This document shows, one piece after another, positions 59,314 through 64,000 of a DNA stretch of 64,000 nt. The notes under the pieces were generated by a model. That model saw nothing but the letters and a program-made list of their open reading frames with translations, was not told where the DNA came from and ran no database searches. This stretch comes from Hormiphora californensis (Eukaryota; Animalia; Ctenophora), in NCBI GenBank assembly GCA_020137815.1, contig CM035356.1:2294001-2358000 (forward strand), read 5' to 3'. How positions within the stretch are numbered: position 1 is the first letter of the stretch; each line of letters starts with the position of its first letter. The position numbers and the translations under genes were made by a program.

Positions 59314-62300
59314 TATCGCCAAATGGCGCCATTTGGCGATAAGAATAGCAAATTTTCAATGCTTTCAAAAATATGACGCTCGCCACTCGGCGCCGCGTGG
59401 CGCCATTTGGCGAAAAAATCGCCAATTGGCGCCGAACGGCGCCAAATGTCGCCAGTTGGCGCTAAACGTCGCCATTTGGCGCCAAATGTCGCCATATGGC
59501 GCCAATTGGTGACATATGGCGCAAACTGTTTGTCAAATATTAGTCGCCATTTGTCGCCAAACGTCGCCATCTGGCGCCAAACGTCGCCATTTGGCGCCAA
59601 ATGTCGCCATATGGCGCCAAATTTTTGTCAAATGTTTGTCGCCATATGGCGCCACTTGGCGCCGAACGTCGCCATTTGGCGCCAAATGTCGCCATACGGC
59701 GCCAAATGGCGACGTTCGGCGCCAAGTGGCGACAAATGGCGACGTTTGGCGCCAAATATTTGACAAAAATTTGGCGCCAAATGGCGACGTTTGGCGCCAT
59801 ATGGCGACATTTGGCGCCAAATGGCGACTAACATTTGGCAAACATTTTGGTAAAAGGGTCATGACCCTAAGTGACCAATTTTTGGCGCCAATTTTCGATT
59901 TTTTGGCGCCAAAAACCATTATTGGCGCCAAATATTATCGCCAATAAAAAATACCGGCGCCAAAACGCGATTTGGCGCCGGTTTTTTTGGCGCCAAAGCT
60001 CTTTTTGGCGCCGGCTTTTGGCGGTTCACTTGGGTGAACCCTAAAAAATTGGCGCCAATTCTGAAATTGGCGCCACCCATCCTTGACCCTAAGTTTTTGG
60101 CGCCAATAATTCATCATGTGACCCTTTTGTAATAAAATCGGTGCCAGAAACTCGTTGGCGCCAATATATAGCGCCAATTTTTGGCGCCAATTATTCATCC
60201 TGTGGCCCTTTCGTAACAAAATATTGGCCCAAAATGATGTAAATTGGCGCCAATTTATGGCGCCAATTTATGGCGCCACATAAAGTTTGTAATTTGCCGT
60301 CCGTAGAAATGCTTGGAGTGGTGATGATGATGGAGTAACCTATAAGCGTGCAACACTAGCGTGCAACAATTACCACTTTTGCCCGTGCGAATCAAGTGGT
60401 TGTTATGGCGGGTAGGCAAGGTCAAATGCGTGAATACTGCACGTGCATGTTGTTGGATGCGTGTTATGTGTTCGGGTGTTCCTGCCATCTACAACTGGGG
60501 TTCCCATGATTGCCAAAGCTTTCCTACCTATAGGTACGTACGCACGTACGTATACGTACCCCCAATACAGCTCCAGTTCTACGAATCTTTATCACCTGAT
60601 TCAATATATTTGAAGGGAACCTCTTCCTCAATCCTTATCACCATCCCTACCACTCTACCAACCTTTATATTCTTCAGCCCGACATGATGAAGAGATGGAG
60701 TGAGAGAGAGAGAAAGAGAGAGAGCTGAGAGAAAGGGGGAGAGAGACAGAGAGAGAGAGAGAGAGAGTAGAGAGAGAGAGAGAGAGAGACTAAGAGAAGA
60801 TAGAGAGAGAGAAGAGAGAGCGTTATAGCATAGATCTTATCTTTCTATATCTCTCTCTCTCCCTCTCTTTCTCTCTCTTTCTATCTTTCCCTCTCCTGTA
60901 CTCTCTCTCTCTCTCTCTCTCTTTCTCTGATACTCCTCTCTCTTCTCTCTTCTTCTCGTCTCCTTCTCTTTCTCATCTCTTTCCCTCTGAGAAAGATAGA
61001 AGATTAAGATCACGTAGGTACATCCAACGGGGTTCGACTAACGTCTAAGATGCAGGGTCCAACCAACAGGCTTTCTTGTCCCTAAGATCTGTTACTTGAC
61101 ACTCCGTATCTTAATTTTCAATAATGTACCTAAATTACAGCCAGTACCTAATGTTAAATGGCATTCCTCCACGTTTGAAGGGCCCAGTTATAACTGGAAA
61201 GATGCGTGTGACGAGTTTCGGGGTCAGACATTGTGATAGTACCACTGGTAATGAAAGTTATCCGCACAAATGCCAGCATCTGCAAACTGAGCTGTCTGGC
61301 GGCGCCAGACAGCTCTGACAGATCCTGACAGTGCGCTCAGATGGGGTCACGGCGCCAGACAGAAACTGAATGTTTTGTTTTTTTGGCGCCAATAATTGGC
61401 GCTAATAAATTGGCGCCAAAAAGTGGCGCTAACAACTAGCGCTCAAGGGTTACTTAGTCGAAATTTTAAAGTTGGCGCTAATGATTGGCGCCAATTTTCC
61501 ATCCTATGACCCTAAATATTCAACAAATTGGCGCCAACAGTTGGCGCCAACTTTCGCCAGAGTTGGCGCCAAAACTTAGGGTCAAGGATGGGTGGCGCCA
61601 ATTTCAGAATTGGCGCCAATTTTTTAAGGTTCACCCAAGTGAACCGCCAAAAGCCGGCGCCAAAAAGAGCTTTGGCGCCAAAAAAAACCGGCGCCAAATC
61701 GCGTTTTGGCGCCGGTATTTTTTATTGGCGATAATATTTGGCGCCAATAATGGTTTTTGGCGCCAAAAAATCGAAAATTGGCGCCAAAAATTGGTCACTT
61801 AGGGTCATGACCCTTTTACCAACATTTTGCGCCATATGGCGCCATTTGGCGCTATATGGCGATATTTGGCGCCAAATGGCGACGTTCGGCGCCAAGTGGC
61901 GACAAATGGCGCCATATGGCGACGTTTGGCGCCAAATGGCGACTAACATTTGACAAAAATTTGGCGCCATATGGCGACGTTTGGCGCCAAATGGCGACAA
62001 AAATTTGAAAAAAATTTGGCGCCAATTGGCGACGTTTGGCGCCAAATGGCGACGTTAGGCGCCAAATGGCGACAAATGGCGCCATATGGCGACAATCGTT
62101 TGACAAACATTTGTCGCCATATGGCGCCAAATGGCGACAAACGGCGCCATTTGGCGAATTAATCGCCAGTTGGCGCCACGTGGCGCAGAACGGCGAGTGT
62201 CCTACTTTGAAAACCAATAAAAATATTATTGATACATCGACAATTTGCGCCAAATGGCGATGTTTGGCGATGAGTATCGCCAAGTGGCGCCAAACGGCGC

Positions 62301-62722
62301 CATATGGCGAAAAATTCGCCGAATGGCGCCATTTGGCGGCACTTTGTGACGATTGGCGCCAAACGGCGCCATTTGGCGACGAATGGCGCCAGATGTCGCC
62401 AAACGGCGCCATTTGGCGACTTGATCTCCTGATCACTTAATGGCGCCAAATGGCGCCATTTGGCGATAACAATTTTGCGCATGTTTTTTTTCAGACTTTG
62501 TACCATCGCCACGTGGCGATACCGCCAAGAGTCGCCAATATTTGGCGAATGGCGATCGCCACTGGCGCCACGTGGCGCCGCGTGGCGCCACGTGGCGCCA
62601 CATGTGGCGCCAAATGTGGCGCCAAATTTTGGCGCCAAATGGCGCCATTTATTCGCCACGTGGCGCCATTTGGCGAATTTGATGGCGCCATTTGGCGCCA
62701 TATGGCGCCATTTGGCGCGCAC
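59314..62722. repeat. Inverted pair of GGCGCC-rich, 10-bp-periodic arrays (foldback-like element) around a ~1.1-kb spacer
   Basis: Units TTGGCGCCAA/ATGGCGACGT. Unique anchors (GGGTCATGACCCTAAGTGACC; CCACCCATCCTTGACCCTAAG) at ~59855-60100 recur inverted at ~61570-61815. Confidence 0.85.
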
Positions 62723-63219
62723 GACCTAATCTTTCATACTACCCTATAACCTGCGTCATTTGAGAGTTTGAATTGACGCACACAGAATTGTAACTTGTCA
62801 TATCATCATAGTAGGAGTACTACAAAGACCCTATAGACAGTACCTGAAGCTTTGTTTCCCATGTTGCAATGGTGAAGTTGCACTGCAGAGCCTTTCGTGA
62901 TCAGTCTCCCTTCCCCGATAATTTATAATAGGTCCTCCATCATTCTCCTTTTATGGCTCTATATCATTCTCATATTGTTCAGTGTTCACTGAATACTGTT
63001 CAGTGTACTGCATGTCTTAGACCTTGGTGTACTGAGAAGGAGCATTATACCATGCTGATTATGCACATGAGATGGACGGGAGAGAAGAGAGAGTTGTCTC
63101 CCCGTCCCTCACTAATGATCCCTTTAGCTGTACTTGGTTTGTATTATCCTTGTTAAACGTTTGAACCCCCTCCTTTGCCTGATATAACTGCATAGTAGTA
63201 GCTCACCACCCACCCAGTT

Positions 63220-63373
63220 ATGAATGAAACATTGGATTTGGATTGGACTGGTAATGGTACCTCCCACTATCTCTTCAACGCTCAGCTGTGTCCCCTAATG
63301 AGACTATCCGAGAGGAATAGTAGCACTGGGTTAAATGTGGCGTGGGGCATCATCTTCTTGATCCTTGGAATAG
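63220..63373 (+). CDS. Possible first coding exon of a GPCR-like membrane protein
   Basis: MNET..NGT..NSS glycosylation-rich N-terminus, then hydrophobic LNVAWGIIFLILGI ending at an ag/gtac donor. No downstream exon confirmed. Confidence 0.35.
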
Positions 63374-64000
63374 GTACAAGGCACATGGGGGATGTTTTGA
63401 TGCCTTCCTCGTTCAATAAACTTGCTCCTTTGCTCCTTTCTCGGACCATTTATAGAACTGAGCGAGAGGAAGGTTCTATACGAATCCTAACCACCCTTAC
63501 ACTTTACAGGTGGTATAGCGTTGAACATTGCAACGTTACGAGGGATCTACAGTACCGCAACACACACCAGAGACTCCTTTAGATCGGTAAAACACACTAT
63601 AGTGCACTAAATCATAGATAGAGACTCATTCAGATTCGATCGGTAACCAATCTGCTTTTTTTAACTTGAGAAGCATAATCCAAAATGAAGTTTCCAGCAA
63701 GTTATTAACAACTAAAACATTATATATCGATGTCTAATTGTACCCAAATTCCTACAACACTGTACCAGCTTCCCCAGGCTGTCTACATGAATGTTTCCAT
63801 ACTAGACATCCTACAGGGAGTGTGTTCCCTCTACAGTGGATCTATCCTCCTATCTAACTTCACGTGGAACGAGAGTGACGGGGGAGGTAAGAAAACGAGG
63901 GGGTAGGTGGGGAGTAGTAGAGGGGTAAGAGGGGCTGGGGACCTGGGGTGAAGTAGGAATACAATAAACTGGATGTGGGCATGATATTATACTAGATTAT

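Noticed and set aside
59201-62749. Many overlapping MAPNGDVWRQ-type ORFs
   Set aside because: Stop-poor 10-bp repeats open frames on both strands.

Overview
Animal genomic DNA with short GT-AG introns and many (GA)n tracts, carrying patchy indel errors; ~60-2020 is homopolymer-degraded and unreadable. The overall style resembles ctenophore assemblies, but that is inference only. Hand-spliced, phase-consistent genes are: the 3' end of an ShK-TIL-Sushi protein (+); a 9-exon secreted Cys-rich protein (-); DCAF15 (+), with an intronless papain-family protease nested on the same strand in its last intron; a SYNJ2BP/OMP25-like PDZ tail-anchored gene (-), whose introns hold an antisense 7x8-Cys-repeat membrane protein, an ORF1-only LINE derivative and a 3.3-kb minisatellite foldback element; RNPC3 (-); and the 3' half of a Meis homeobox gene (-). 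The main mobile element is an apparently intact ~11.9-kb Academ DNA transposon (47379-59313, ~1-kb TIRs). It encodes a 13-14-exon ~1370-1400-aa transposase/XPG/Cys8 protein plus a divergent spliced coiled-coil gene, and probably lies in a large Meis intron. Much of the remaining sequence is palindromic MITE/foldback elements, CRE and Penelope remnants and a 10-bp-periodic GGCGCC inverted array.
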